Positions 35,372 to 45,814 are shown, numbered from the stretch's first letter. The stretch is 64,000 bases of DNA from Nanobdellota archaeon (GCA_040753775.1 JBFMDT010000001.1:58584-122583), one strand, 5' to 3'. Made by a program: numbers and translations. The notes: a model not told the origin generated them from the letters alone.

Positions 35372-38046
35372 TTTACCTTCCTAAAAGCATAGTCAATCTG
35401 CTCACTGCTCCACCCTTTCTTAAGCAATGTTTCTTTTATCTGTTTTTCATTAATTCCCTGGCTTAAGGTCTGCTCGATATATTTCTCTAAATTCTCTAAA
35501 TCCTGCTGTGATGTAAAGATTCTTCTCTTAAAAAGCTTTACGGAAATCCAATTAGTTAAGTCTTTAAAGTTTCCTGGCCCTTTATAGAAATTTATGTAAT
35601 AAATACAAAGGGCAAGTATTAAGAATAGTATTGCATATGGAATTATTGGTACCTTTTTCTTGCAGTCCTCTGGGCAACTTATCTCATCCTCAAGCGGCTC
35701 TTCGCATTTCTTATTCCCGCAAACTCCAACTTCAAATTCCTCAACACCAATGTCTTTTGCTTCTGCAAGAACAATAGTTTTCGTATTAATCACACTGTCC
35801 AAGGCAGCACCACGTACTATGTATGCGATGTCTAAGCTCCCCGAAATAGGCCATTTTATTATAGGATCAGCCTCAACTATTTCATAACCCTGTGTAATAA
35901 TATCATCTCCGCTTATGCTTCCAGCAACCTCTTTTGGTATAACTTCTACAACAAACATATTTTTTGGGTTGCTTAGTGTAATTGATTTTTTGACAACTAC
36001 AAACCCATCATCCCTTCCAGATATATACTTTGCATTTACAGAATAGCCATAACCCTGCACATTTACATCTTCCTGAAATGCAAACAAGGCCTTTTTGTAG
36101 TTTATATCAGTTGTTATTGCATCAGGAATGTCATCAAAATAATTAACACCTGAAACAAAAGTCAAACCTTCCACGCTTAAGCCCTTTGGCAGTGTAGCCC
36201 TTAACGCAAGCAAACTGCTCTGTATATTTCCAAAAGTCATTTCCTTCTCTGTATCGGTTAATGAAAGAGCTGAATTATAATCAAGTTCATACTGCGTTAG
36301 TAAAGCACTGGCATTTTCAATCTTGGTATTTATTTCAAGAATATTAACTATATCATTAACAACCTGCGAAGCATTTCCAAGCTGGCCATTAAATATTTTA
36401 ATACTTTCTTTTGTGTCATTAAGAAGGTATTCTACGTTCTTCTGCGCAGAATCCACATGTACAGTTGCATATGCCATGCTGCTTAATTCATTTACATCAA
36501 CAACAGCCACGCTTACATCATAATCCCCAATTGTATTGTAGGTGTATGTTACATTAGGCTCAAATGTCGTAACAACTTGGCCCTCCCCAAAATACCAATC
36601 ATACCTTGCTATAGCACTCTTGTTGTTTTTCACCTGAACTCCAAAAGGTGTTTCTTGGTATAGCCCTGCAAATTGTGGTGCTATTATCTTAACATCAGCA
36701 GCCTTAACAACATTTATGTCTTTTTCATCAGAAGCATAAACCTTTCCATTATACTCCAAACTAGCCTTTAGCTTGTAAGTTCCTTCAGAAGATGGTGCAG
36801 CAATTCCTTCAACATTACCAAGCTCTAATATAAGTTCTCCATTGCTTATTGTATCAGGCATGTATTCTATACTATAGAGCTTGCCATCAACAGCCCCTGC
36901 CTTAACAGATACCATCTTAAAATTGATTTTTCCCTTTCCTTCTGTGCTTATCTCTATAGGATACAAACAATACTTAACAGAAGCTTTTACTAAATTAATA
37001 GGGCAGCTTGCTCCAGAAAGCTCAGTGCTAAAGTCTATGCTTTCTGTTGTGCTCATATTTGTTTGGAATTTATTCCTTGCAATTTTAATAAAGTAGTCAT
37101 AACCCTCAAAGCCAGCAATGCTACAGTCATTACTTTCACAGTATAAACCATTGGACACTGCATTTGGAGCCTCAACACCTATCTTATAATATGTATTGGC
37201 TGAAGATCCGCTATCAGCATATACACAGACATAATAATTATCCGGCTTGATGTCTATAGTGCAGGACTTCCATCCAAAATTGCCATCAGCAGTTAATTGG
37301 CATCTTACTTCATTATTATCAACCTTAACAATTTCCTTGTCCTTGTCCCTCAAGCTGGCATAAAGGTTTGCCCCATCTGCAGACTTCTTAACATAAGCAT
37401 CAAGCCTGTACCTTCCAGAAGCAGGAAAATCAATCTGCTCGCAGTACTCTGTATTTCTTGCGCCATTGACATTAAATTCATCATCAACGTTGTAATCAAA
37501 AAGATACTGTGCTTGAACATCCTCAAACTGTCCTGTTATCAAAGGCCCAACATAACCCCATTTAGCATCCTTTATCTTAACTCCAGGAAGCATAGGATAA
37601 ATATTGTCAACCTTATTTCCTGTTATGCTGAACTTTGCTTCGCTTATGTCTGGGCTTTGTATGCTAAAACCAAGAGCATAGGAATTACTAACACCTTTAC
37701 TGTTAAATGTAAGGGCTGCTTCAGAAACAGGGCTGGTGCTTTTCAATACATAGGAAGCAGGGACAATTTCACAACCCGAGCATATGTCCCTTAGTTTGCT
37801 GCTGTACTTTTTATCATTAATGGCTATTATCAGCTCTGCATCAGCAGGAATATCTGTGTAGCTCATGTTTACAAGCCCGCTTAATATTTGCCCAGGGCTG
37901 TATTTGCTTGTGCTTAAATCTAGCTTAGCAGTTGAAGAAGTGACGTATCCAGTATACTTAGGCTCAAATAATACAAGCGTTAATACAAGAACAAGAACAA
38001 TAACAATAAAAGTTAAGAGTAAATAATTTTTCTTCAGGGTTACCAC
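35368..38046 (-). CDS. large type-I membrane surface protein (about 890 aa) with ~80-aa cytoplasmic tail
   Basis: Signal peptide, long beta-rich ectodomain with PKD-like segments, single C-terminal TM, then a charged tail. Confidence 0.45.
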   Translation of the reverse strand: MVTLKKNYLLLTFIVIVLVLVLTLVLFEPKYTGYVTSSTAKLDLSTSKYSPGQILSGLVNMSYTDIPADAELIIAINDKKYSSKLRDICSGCEIVPASYVLKSTSPVSEAALTFNSKGVSNSYALGFSIQSPDISEAKFSITGNKVDNIYPMLPGVKIKDAKWGYVGPLITGQFEDVQAQYLFDYNVDDEFNVNGARNTEYCEQIDFPASGRYRLDAYVKKSADGANLYASLRDKDKEIVKVDNNEVRCQLTADGNFGWKSCTIDIKPDNYYVCVYADSGSSANTYYKIGVEAPNAVSNGLYCESNDCSIAGFEGYDYFIKIARNKFQTNMSTTESIDFSTELSGASCPINLVKASVKYCLYPIEISTEGKGKINFKMVSVKAGAVDGKLYSIEYMPDTISNGELILELGNVEGIAAPSSEGTYKLKASLEYNGKVYASDEKDINVVKAADVKIIAPQFAGLYQETPFGVQVKNNKSAIARYDWYFGEGQVVTTFEPNVTYTYNTIGDYDVSVAVVDVNELSSMAYATVHVDSAQKNVEYLLNDTKESIKIFNGQLGNASQVVNDIVNILEINTKIENASALLTQYELDYNSALSLTDTEKEMTFGNIQSSLLALRATLPKGLSVEGLTFVSGVNYFDDIPDAITTDINYKKALFAFQEDVNVQGYGYSVNAKYISGRDDGFVVVKKSITLSNPKNMFVVEVIPKEVAGSISGDDIITQGYEIVEADPIIKWPISGSLDIAYIVRGAALDSVINTKTIVLAEAKDIGVEEFEVGVCGNKKCEEPLEDEISCPEDCKKKVPIIPYAILFLILALCIYYINFYKGPGNFKDLTNWISVKLFKRRIFTSQQDLENLEKYIEQTLSQGINEKQIKETLLKKGWSSEQIDYAFRKVK

Positions 38047-38083
38047 CTCTTTATTAACTTTAAAAGTATATACTATATAAATA

Positions 38084-38593
38084 TTATGATTTAACTACCT
38101 TCCCCCTTTCTGATGGAACAATCACCTTTTTGGCCTTATTGAACTCAGCCTTCTTTCTGTTAAAATATTCATAAAGAAATATGGCTAATGCGCTTACTTC
38201 GGAATGCGGTTGGTTTGTCACAGAAATATTGCAATCTGATAGTTTATAAAATTCTGGAGCAACCTTTTCCCCGCCAACTATAGCCAAAACATCTTTGTTC
38301 CTCAATTCATCTATTTTGCTACTTAGCTCTACACCATATGCAGTAAGATGGACGATTTTAAAACCATCTTTTTTCTTGCTTTCAATTAGTTTTATTGGAT
38401 TTTCTGTAAATTCTATCTCAAAATTTCCGCCAAAATTCTTAACAACATTCCTTACGCTGTCTTCAAATGCCTTGTCCCTTTGCCCGGAATAATACAACTT
38501 ATGAGCGCCAAAGGCCCTTGCAGCCAAAGCAACATGCATAGTTAATCTCTTATCCCTCTCAATCCTGTGGTTAAGCCTTAAAATATTTATCAT
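38084..38593 (-). CDS. tRNA (cytidine56-2'-O)-methyltransferase aTrm56 (SPOUT)
   Basis: ILRLNHRIERDKRLTMHVALAARAFGA matches the conserved aTrm56 N-terminus. Confidence 0.75.
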   Translation of the reverse strand: MINILRLNHRIERDKRLTMHVALAARAFGAHKLYYSGQRDKAFEDSVRNVVKNFGGNFEIEFTENPIKLIESKKKDGFKIVHLTAYGVELSSKIDELRNKDVLAIVGGEKVAPEFYKLSDCNISVTNQPHSEVSALAIFLYEYFNRKKAEFNKAKKVIVPSERGKVVKS

Positions 38594-38632
38594 AATTAAC
38601 TAAAAAACAACTAAAATAAAAAGCTTGCCTTA

Positions 38633-39142
38633 TTACAGTTTTCTTGCTCTTTCTTCTGAAAATTTGTTTTTGTAAATAAAATCATTAAGCACATCGTTAA
38701 TTTTCTTATGTTCAGCTTGATTGTTGCTTCCGTCCATAAGGTTTCTTGCAGTTAAATTTCTCGCAAGGTCGTATTTATCAGAAGTTGAATCCTGATTAAC
38801 GCGAGAGTGTATGTCGCAATATAAAGTATTGAGCGCCTTCCAGGCAATTACTCCCTTGACAGAACACCTCATCATATATTTCAATAAATTTTTCATAAGC
38901 CTATCATAATTTTTATCATATAAGTCTATGCTAATTGTTGTCTGTAAAATAGGATATAAGCTATGTAGATTATAGGCAGTGTATAATTTACCCGCAATTT
39001 TTTTCTCTAAGTTGGGGAGCTCCTTTCTTATTTTCCTGTCATCCTCTCTTATTTCACTTTCAATAAATATGCCTATCACTTCCTTCTCGCTTAAGCTTAG
39101 CTCTTCCAGATTTTCTTTCATCTTAGCCATAGAATAATGCAA
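38633..39142 (-). CDS. hypothetical protein
   Basis: ORF only. Confidence 0.3.
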   Translation of the reverse strand: MHYSMAKMKENLEELSLSEKEVIGIFIESEIREDDRKIRKELPNLEKKIAGKLYTAYNLHSLYPILQTTISIDLYDKNYDRLMKNLLKYMMRCSVKGVIAWKALNTLYCDIHSRVNQDSTSDKYDLARNLTARNLMDGSNNQAEHKKINDVLNDFIYKNKFSEERARKL

Positions 39143-39158
39143 AAAATTTATAAAGCTT

Positions 39159-40091
39159 ATGGAAATGTTTTTAAATGGGTTTAATCAGAATAAATCAATG
39201 CTAAAAGAAAAACTCTATCCGCTATACGATAAACACCATAAAAAGACGCTGATATTCCCAATTATAATAATTCTGCTCAGCATCCTGATAATAGGTTACA
39301 AGTACTATACAACAGGAGATTTCATAGAAAAGGATGTATCTCTTAAAGGTGGTATTTCTGCTACAATATATACTGAAAATGAAATTAATGTAAAAGAATT
39401 GAAATCTTTCTTAACCTCAAAATTCCCTAATGCAGACATAGCTATAAGAAAGCTTGGTGATTTTAGTACAGGAAAGCAGGTAGGCATTTCTATAGATGCA
39501 ACAAATATAAAATCTGATGACTTAAAGATAGCTTTGCAGGAAAATTTGCAGCTAACCTTAACAGATGAAAATCTCTCTGTAGAAGAAATTGGTTCTTCCT
39601 TAAGCCAGTCCTTCTATAAAGAAATCCTGTATGCAGTGCTTATAGCATTTTTGTTTATGGGCATAGTCATCTTCATAATATTCAGGCTTCCAATTCCATC
39701 CTTAACTGTGATCTTGTGTGCATTTACAGACATAATTGCAACAGTAGCTGTAGTCGACCTCCTTGGAATAAAGCTTTCTATGGGTGGAATAGCTGCCTTT
39801 CTTATGTTAATAGGTTACTCAGTTGACACAGATATCTTGCTTACCACTCGCGTATTAAAAAGAAAAGAAGGCACTTTGTTTGACAGGATGTATGAAGCCT
39901 CAAAGCCAGGCCTCACAATGACAATCACAACAATTGTGGCTGTATTCATTGGTTATCTCTTAGCAACATCAGCAGTAATGCAGCAGATCTTCCTAATAAT
40001 ATTCATAGGGGGTATATGGGATATATTCAACACTTGGATAACAAACACAAGCATATTGTACTGGTACTGTAAAAAGAAAGGTGTAGCATGA
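39159..40091 (+). CDS. secF: protein-export membrane protein SecF
   Basis: Length and TM pattern of archaeal SecF, with a conserved GYSVDTDIL-type region. Confidence 0.75.
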   Translation: MEMFLNGFNQNKSMLKEKLYPLYDKHHKKTLIFPIIIILLSILIIGYKYYTTGDFIEKDVSLKGGISATIYTENEINVKELKSFLTSKFPNADIAIRKLGDFSTGKQVGISIDATNIKSDDLKIALQENLQLTLTDENLSVEEIGSSLSQSFYKEILYAVLIAFLFMGIVIFIIFRLPIPSLTVILCAFTDIIATVAVVDLLGIKLSMGGIAAFLMLIGYSVDTDILLTTRVLKRKEGTLFDRMYEASKPGLTMTITTIVAVFIGYLLATSAVMQQIFLIIFIGGIWDIFNTWITNTSILYWYCKKKGVA

Positions 40092-41635
40092 TAACAAAAC
40101 TATTCAGAAAATGGCGTGTTATAATATTGATTTTGTTTCTGATATTTGCCTATATAGCGATAAATCCGCAGTTTTCTGTTACTGGCGTTGCAATAAAAAG
40201 CATTGACATTAATGGAACAGCATACAAAGTAGGCATGCAAAATCCAACCAGTGCAATGCCAACCCAGCAGGAAATAATACTAAGCATCAACAATAAGCCA
40301 ATAGAAAAGTTAAGTGATTACTCAAAAATCTTGTCTGAAATATCTGATAATTCAACATTGAGAATTTTAACAGATAAAAATGAATATGTTATGCTTAAAA
40401 CAGAAAACCTAGGAATAACTGTTGCAAACCCGGCAAGCTCTAACATTAAAAAAGGTCTTGACTTGCAGGGTGGTACGCGTGTTGTCCTGCAGCCTGAATC
40501 AAAAATAACAGACCAGGAGAGAGACGACATAATAGCTGTGATGAGCAATAGGCTAAACGTATATGGCCTAAGCGATATAAAAATAAAGCCTGCAGATGAT
40601 TTACTCGGAAACAAGTATATTGTGATAGAACTAGCAGGAGCAACAAAAGAGGAAGTAAAAGAGTTGATAGGTAAGCAGGGTAGCTTTGAGGCAAGAATAG
40701 GCAACGAAACTGTCTTTGTTGGTGGGAAAAAAGATATTGTTTTTGTGTGCAGGAATGATGGAACATGCTCCGGAATAAGGTCTTGTGAACAAAGCGGAAG
40801 TGAAAACTTCTGCAAGTTTGAATTTGCAATAACCTTAAGTCAGGCTGCTGCTGATATGCATGCAAAAATAACCAAGGACATAGAGATAAATACAACGCAG
40901 TCAGGCCAACAGATACTTGCAAAGCCTATTGACTTTTATCTTGATGGAAAATTGGTTGATTCCTTGCAGATAGCAGCTGACCTAAAAGGAAAGTCCACTA
41001 CCCAAATAGCAATATCTGGCCCAGGTGGAGGAAAAACAAAGGAAGAAGCAATAAATGAAGCCTTAAAAAACATGAACAAGCTGCAGACAATATTAATAAC
41101 AGGAAGCCTCCCAACAAAACTTAATATAGTCAAGCTTGACAATGTCTCGCCATTCCTCGGGGAAGCCTTTATTAAAAATGCATTCTTAGTCGGCCTGCTG
41201 GCAGTAATCTCTGTTGTGTTGGTTGTATTCATAAGGTACAGGCAGGTAAAAATATCCATAGCTATGATAATCACGCTTTTATCAGAATTATTTTTATTGC
41301 TTGGCTTCGCTGCATTCTTTAAGTATAATTTAGACCTAGCTGCAATAGCTGGTTTGGTGGTAGCAATAGGTACTGGTGTAGATGATCAGATTGTTATAGC
41401 TGATGAAACAGTAAAAGGCAAAGGCTACTATAACTGGAAGGACAGGCTTAAAAAGGCATTTTTCATAATATTTTCCTCGTATGCGACAACAGTAGTAGCC
41501 ATGATACCCCTATTCAAAGCTGGTGCTGGCTTGCTTACAGGATTCGCCCTCGTTACAATCGTTGGTGTTTCAATAGGAGTATTTATAACAAGGCCTGCCT
41601 ATGCCACGATACTAGAAGTCTTGTCAGAAGAATAA
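40088..41635 (+). CDS. secD: protein-export membrane protein SecD
   Basis: Large periplasmic-type domain followed by a 6-TM bundle with GTGVDDQIV motif; overlaps the secF stop. Confidence 0.75.
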   Translation: MITKLFRKWRVIILILFLIFAYIAINPQFSVTGVAIKSIDINGTAYKVGMQNPTSAMPTQQEIILSINNKPIEKLSDYSKILSEISDNSTLRILTDKNEYVMLKTENLGITVANPASSNIKKGLDLQGGTRVVLQPESKITDQERDDIIAVMSNRLNVYGLSDIKIKPADDLLGNKYIVIELAGATKEEVKELIGKQGSFEARIGNETVFVGGKKDIVFVCRNDGTCSGIRSCEQSGSENFCKFEFAITLSQAAADMHAKITKDIEINTTQSGQQILAKPIDFYLDGKLVDSLQIAADLKGKSTTQIAISGPGGGKTKEEAINEALKNMNKLQTILITGSLPTKLNIVKLDNVSPFLGEAFIKNAFLVGLLAVISVVLVVFIRYRQVKISIAMIITLLSELFLLLGFAAFFKYNLDLAAIAGLVVAIGTGVDDQIVIADETVKGKGYYNWKDRLKKAFFIIFSSYATTVVAMIPLFKAGAGLLTGFALVTIVGVSIGVFITRPAYATILEVLSEE

Positions 41636-41753
41636 CATTAAGTTAAAAATAAGTGAAGCCTTTCAAATGCTCTGTCTGTATATGCTCTGTCTGTATAAAT
41701 AGGTAAATTTATAAAATACGAATGTAACCAAACTCATATAAAGGAGGTGTAAA

Positions 41754-41891
41754 ATGGCTCTTGATGCTACGCAATATGCAATAATTATACTGTTGGGGAT
41801 TAATATAGGCATACTCTATGGAATAAGAAGAATTTATGTACTTGAAAACAAAATTGAGAGATTAGAAGAGAAAATTTCCAAAAAAAGATAA
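41754..41891 (+). CDS. small membrane/coiled-coil protein (45 aa)
   Basis: Strong SD aaaggaggtg 4 nt upstream of the ATG; one TM helix; hand-translated. Confidence 0.35.
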   Translation: MALDATQYAIIILLGINIGILYGIRRIYVLENKIERLEEKISKKR

Positions 41892-42575
41892 CTAATATTT
41901 TAATTTTAATTTTATTAATGCCGAAAACATATTAGGTACAGCCTTATACAATTTCAGTCTAGACCCTTTTTTATCCTCCCATATAGTTGCTTCTTCTTTA
42001 ATCTTATACCCATTCTTGACTAAAGGATACAGAATGCTTACATCAATCGCCCAATTTGTCTTCATCAGTTTATTAACTATAGATTTTATTGCTTTTTTCT
42101 TGAATATCTTTACTCCAGCCTGTGTGTCCTTAAATCGCAAACCAAGTATTATTCGTACAAGAAGATTAAAGCCCCTGCTTGCAATTCTTCTAAGCAAAGG
42201 TTGTTTTGTATTTATTATAGCACCATTAATCCATCTGCTCCCTATGACCCCATCATAAGCATTAATCTTCCCAACAAGCCTCTCCAATTCTTTAGGTTCT
42301 GTAGCACCATCAGCATCAACATAAGAAATAAGGTCTCCTTCAGCTATTCTAAAACCTTTAATAATTGCCCCACCCTTGTTTGCCTCCTTTAACACAATAT
42401 GCTTAAGTCTCTTATCCTTGATGCTCTTAACAATACCCAAAGTATCGTCAGTGCAGCCGTTCAAAATAACAAGAATATCAACTTTATATTTCCATTTATA
42501 TTTCAGGTACTTCAGCAACGTTTCTTTTATCCTTCTGCCTTCATTATGTGCAGGAATTATTATAGATAACCTCAT
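41892..42575 (-). CDS. dolichyl-phosphate glycosyltransferase (GT2, DPM1-like)
   Basis: GT2 DxD region (VDADG) and overall DPM1-like architecture. Confidence 0.8.
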   Translation of the reverse strand: MRLSIIIPAHNEGRRIKETLLKYLKYKWKYKVDILVILNGCTDDTLGIVKSIKDKRLKHIVLKEANKGGAIIKGFRIAEGDLISYVDADGATEPKELERLVGKINAYDGVIGSRWINGAIINTKQPLLRRIASRGFNLLVRIILGLRFKDTQAGVKIFKKKAIKSIVNKLMKTNWAIDVSILYPLVKNGYKIKEEATIWEDKKGSRLKLYKAVPNMFSALIKLKLKY

Positions 42576-42646
42576 AGCAAAAATAAAGTAATGCTTTTTA
42601 TAAACCTTTTCAAAAATTATTTAAACAGTAACTCTAACATAAATCC

Positions 42647-43078
42647 ATGCTAGTCCATATACATATAATTCTTTCAATATTATTCTCCTTAATTCTTTAT
42701 CCAATCTTTGGTATTTACTCTTTGCTTATATTTCTAGGGGGATTTCTTATGGATGTAGACCATTATCTAGAATATGTTATAAGGAAAAAAAATCTTTCTG
42801 TAATAAAAGCTTATCGGGAAGGTATGAAATTTTACAGGGAATCAGTCAAGCTAGGCAGGCCAGTAAGGTTGAACATCCTTCATGTCTTTCACACAATGGA
42901 ATTCTTAATCCTTGTAATAGTTCTAAGCTTCTTCAACAAAATTATATCCTTGGTAGCGATTGGCATGCTCTTTCATATAATTCTTGACCTTGGTTGGTTA
43001 ATAAAAAGAAAGGCTCTTAAATCAAGGGCTCATTCCTTGATAAAATGGCTGAATGAAAAATGGAATCAAAATACATAG
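42647..43078 (+). CDS. small membrane protein, paralog of 45443-45814
   Basis: Shared motifs DHYLEYVIRKKNLS and LHVFHTMEFLILVIVLS. Confidence 0.4.
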   Translation: MLVHIHIILSILFSLILYPIFGIYSLLIFLGGFLMDVDHYLEYVIRKKNLSVIKAYREGMKFYRESVKLGRPVRLNILHVFHTMEFLILVIVLSFFNKIISLVAIGMLFHIILDLGWLIKRKALKSRAHSLIKWLNEKWNQNT

Positions 43079-43410
43079 CAATACTTTTGGTGATCTTAAG
43101 TACTCTCTTTGCATCCTTTGGCCAGTTATTTTACAAGCTTGGAGTTGATAAGTTGGAATTCAATCTAAGCATGCTGACAAACTATACTCTTATACTTGGA
43201 ATCTTGCTTTACATAATAGCTGGAGTCATACTGATAATAGCCTTAAAGTACGGTGAACTGTCAGCAGTTTACCCAATATATGCAACAAATTATATCTGGG
43301 TTTCGCTGCTCTCTTTGTATATATTGAAAGAGATGATGAATTATTTTAAATGGCTTGGCGTGCTCTTCATAGTAATAGGTGTTGGTCTGTTGGGAGTGAG
43401 TAAAAGATGA
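43060..43410 (+). CDS. 4-TM EamA/SMR-like protein (ArnE/ArnF-type lipid-linked sugar flippase subunit candidate)
   Basis: About 115 aa with 4 TM helices, paired with an adjacent similar gene. Confidence 0.5.
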   Translation: MESKYIAILLVILSTLFASFGQLFYKLGVDKLEFNLSMLTNYTLILGILLYIIAGVILIIALKYGELSAVYPIYATNYIWVSLLSLYILKEMMNYFKWLGVLFIVIGVGLLGVSKR

Positions 43411-43745
43411 CCCCATTAATTTCAATAATAATAATTGTTATAGCAGCTGCGATTGGCTCATTTGGGGCATTATTCATAAAAAAGGGCTCAAAACACTTCA
43501 CAATAAAAAAACCATTCAATAAAGATATAGTGATTGGGGTGTTGTTGTATGGGATTTCTACATTGCTCTTTATCCCGGCATTAAAGCTTGGGGAGCTATC
43601 GGTGTTGTACCCCTTTGTTGCAACAGGCTACATCTGGATAATAATGCTGTCAAAAAAATACCTAAATGAAAGTATAACCTTAACCAAGATAATTTCAATA
43701 GCTCTTATAATAATTGGTGTAAGCTTCATTGGTTTTGGAAGTTAG
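43407..43745 (+). CDS. 4-TM EamA/SMR-like protein (second subunit)
   Basis: As above; overlaps the upstream partner. Confidence 0.5.
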   Translation: MTPLISIIIIVIAAAIGSFGALFIKKGSKHFTIKKPFNKDIVIGVLLYGISTLLFIPALKLGELSVLYPFVATGYIWIIMLSKKYLNESITLTKIISIALIIIGVSFIGFGS

Positions 43746-43784
43746 CTTCATAAATAATATAAATGCATCAAAACAGCCCTCTAT

Positions 43785-44642
43785 ATGATATCAATAGTAA
43801 TAACAGCCTGCAGAGAGCCTTCTACAGTAAGCAGGGCAATTAGCTCTGTTCTTTCCCAAAAAATAAAAAATTCTGAAATAATCGTTGTTGCTCCTGACAA
43901 AGAAACGCTGAACAAAGCAAAAAAATACAGGGTTAAAATTGTCCATGATAAGGGAAGGGGTAAACCAGCAGCCCTCAACCTTGTTTTTAAAAAAGCCAAA
44001 GGGAACATCTTAGTGCTGACAGATGGTGATGTATACCTGGAAAAAAATTCTATTAAACTTCTTCTTGCCTATTTTAAAGACGGGAATGTCGGTGCAGTAA
44101 CAGGAAGGCCGGTTGCAACAGACAACAGGAAAACTCTGCTTGGTTATTGGGCTAACCTGCTCAATGATGCTGCTCATTTAGAAAGGATAAGGAGGGACAA
44201 AGAAAACTTGTTTATATTCTGCTCCGGCTATCTGTTTGCCATGAGAAATATAATAAAAAAAATTCCTGAAAACTGCCTTGATGATGCTTATATCTCATCG
44301 CTCATTGCAAAAAAGGGCCGCAAAATAAGATACTCCCCAAACTCTAAAACCTACATAAAAAACCCTTCAACGTTCTCTGATTGGGTCATGCAAAAGAGAA
44401 GGAACGCTGCAGGCCATGAGCAGATAAGGAAAGATCTAGGCATTGTGATGAAATCCTTGAAAAATGAGATAATTTACGGCTGGTACAAAGCACTAACTTA
44501 TCCTAAAAATTTCAGAGAATTTATTTACACAGTGCTTCTATTCCCTGCCCGCCTCTACACCTGGCTCCTAAGCTTCTATGACTTAAAGCTCAAGCGCAGA
44601 AAAGTAATTGAGCTCTGGAAAAGAATAGAGTCAACAAAATAA
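43785..44642 (+). CDS. glycosyltransferase family 2
   Basis: GT2 fold with DGD motif (LTDGDVY). Confidence 0.8.
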   Translation: MISIVITACREPSTVSRAISSVLSQKIKNSEIIVVAPDKETLNKAKKYRVKIVHDKGRGKPAALNLVFKKAKGNILVLTDGDVYLEKNSIKLLLAYFKDGNVGAVTGRPVATDNRKTLLGYWANLLNDAAHLERIRRDKENLFIFCSGYLFAMRNIIKKIPENCLDDAYISSLIAKKGRKIRYSPNSKTYIKNPSTFSDWVMQKRRNAAGHEQIRKDLGIVMKSLKNEIIYGWYKALTYPKNFREFIYTVLLFPARLYTWLLSFYDLKLKRRKVIELWKRIESTK

Positions 44643-44646
44643 TTAT

Positions 44647-45390
44647 TTAAAGCTTACCTATAGCATTTAATATTAATTTTTTAACATTATCTGCATTTCT
44701 CTTCATAACATCCATAATCATTTCCCAGCTCACAGCCTCTTCTGATTCATGCCAACTATCAAAATCTGTACTCATAGCAATAGCAGCATAAGGAATTCCA
44801 AGCTCATTCGCTAATATTACTTCAGGTGCAATTGACATATTAATAACATCAGCCCCAATTAATCTAAACATTTTGCTTTCTGCCTTTGTGCTAAACCTAG
44901 GTCCTTCGATTGTGACAACAGTCCCTTTTCCATGATATTTTAATTTTAATTCTTTAGCAGCTTCAATTAATTTTTCCCTTAAAAATTTGTCAAAGGGCTC
45001 AGCCATGGGTGTATGTTTTATTCCATTTTCAAAGGATTCATAAAATGTTATTTTTCTATGTCTTGTAAAATCAATGAACTGGTCTAAAAAAACAAAATCT
45101 CCTCTTCCTATTTCTTCTTTTAAAGAACCAACAGCGCTTGTTGCAATTATATACTTACACCCTTGCTCCTTTAGTGCAAAAATGTTGGCTCTATAGTTAA
45201 CCTGTGTTGGTGGTATTTGATGTTTTCGGCCATGCCTTGCTAGTATTACAACATCAATGTTTCCTATCTTTCCTGTTGTTAATGCAGAAGAAGGTTTTTC
45301 ATAAGGTGTATTGACTTCTATATCTTTAGCACTCCTTAGAATCGTTGGATCGTCTAATCCAGACCCCCCAATGATGCCCACTTTTACCAT
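44647..45390 (-). CDS. purine nucleoside phosphorylase / methylthioadenosine phosphorylase
   Basis: PNP-MTAP family features (VGIIGGSG...HGR). Confidence 0.85.
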   Translation of the reverse strand: MVKVGIIGGSGLDDPTILRSAKDIEVNTPYEKPSSALTTGKIGNIDVVILARHGRKHQIPPTQVNYRANIFALKEQGCKYIIATSAVGSLKEEIGRGDFVFLDQFIDFTRHRKITFYESFENGIKHTPMAEPFDKFLREKLIEAAKELKLKYHGKGTVVTIEGPRFSTKAESKMFRLIGADVINMSIAPEVILANELGIPYAAIAMSTDFDSWHESEEAVSWEMIMDVMKRNADNVKKLILNAIGKL

Positions 45391-45442
45391 ATTGATGTTA
45401 TAAATTAATAATATTTAAATATACCTAAATTACAAAATTTTT

Positions 45443-45814
45443 ATGTATCCTTCAACACATGTCATAACATCTTTAATATTAGCAGTTATTTTATATCCAT
45501 GGTTTGGGCTATATTCCATAGCAATTTTCTTGGTTGGATTTTTGATGGATATAGACCACTATTTTGAGTATGTTGTAAGAACAAGAGACTTATCTCCAGT
45601 AAGGGCTTGCAAGGAATACTACGAATGCGCAAAAAGGGCAAGAAAACTGAAAAAGGCAATAAAAGTAGACATGCTTCATGTTTTTCACACTGTAGAATTT
45701 TTAGTTGTGATAGCTATACTATCAGTTTATAGCAAATTATTTTTAGCAGTACTAGTTACAATGTTATCCATAGCCTTATTGACACAGCAGATTTGTTATA
45801 TCGAAACTTTTTAG
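45443..45814 (+). CDS. small membrane protein, paralog of 42647-43078
   Basis: See the paralog. Confidence 0.4.
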   Translation: MYPSTHVITSLILAVILYPWFGLYSIAIFLVGFLMDIDHYFEYVVRTRDLSPVRACKEYYECAKRARKLKKAIKVDMLHVFHTVEFLVVIAILSVYSKLFLAVLVTMLSIALLTQQICYIETF

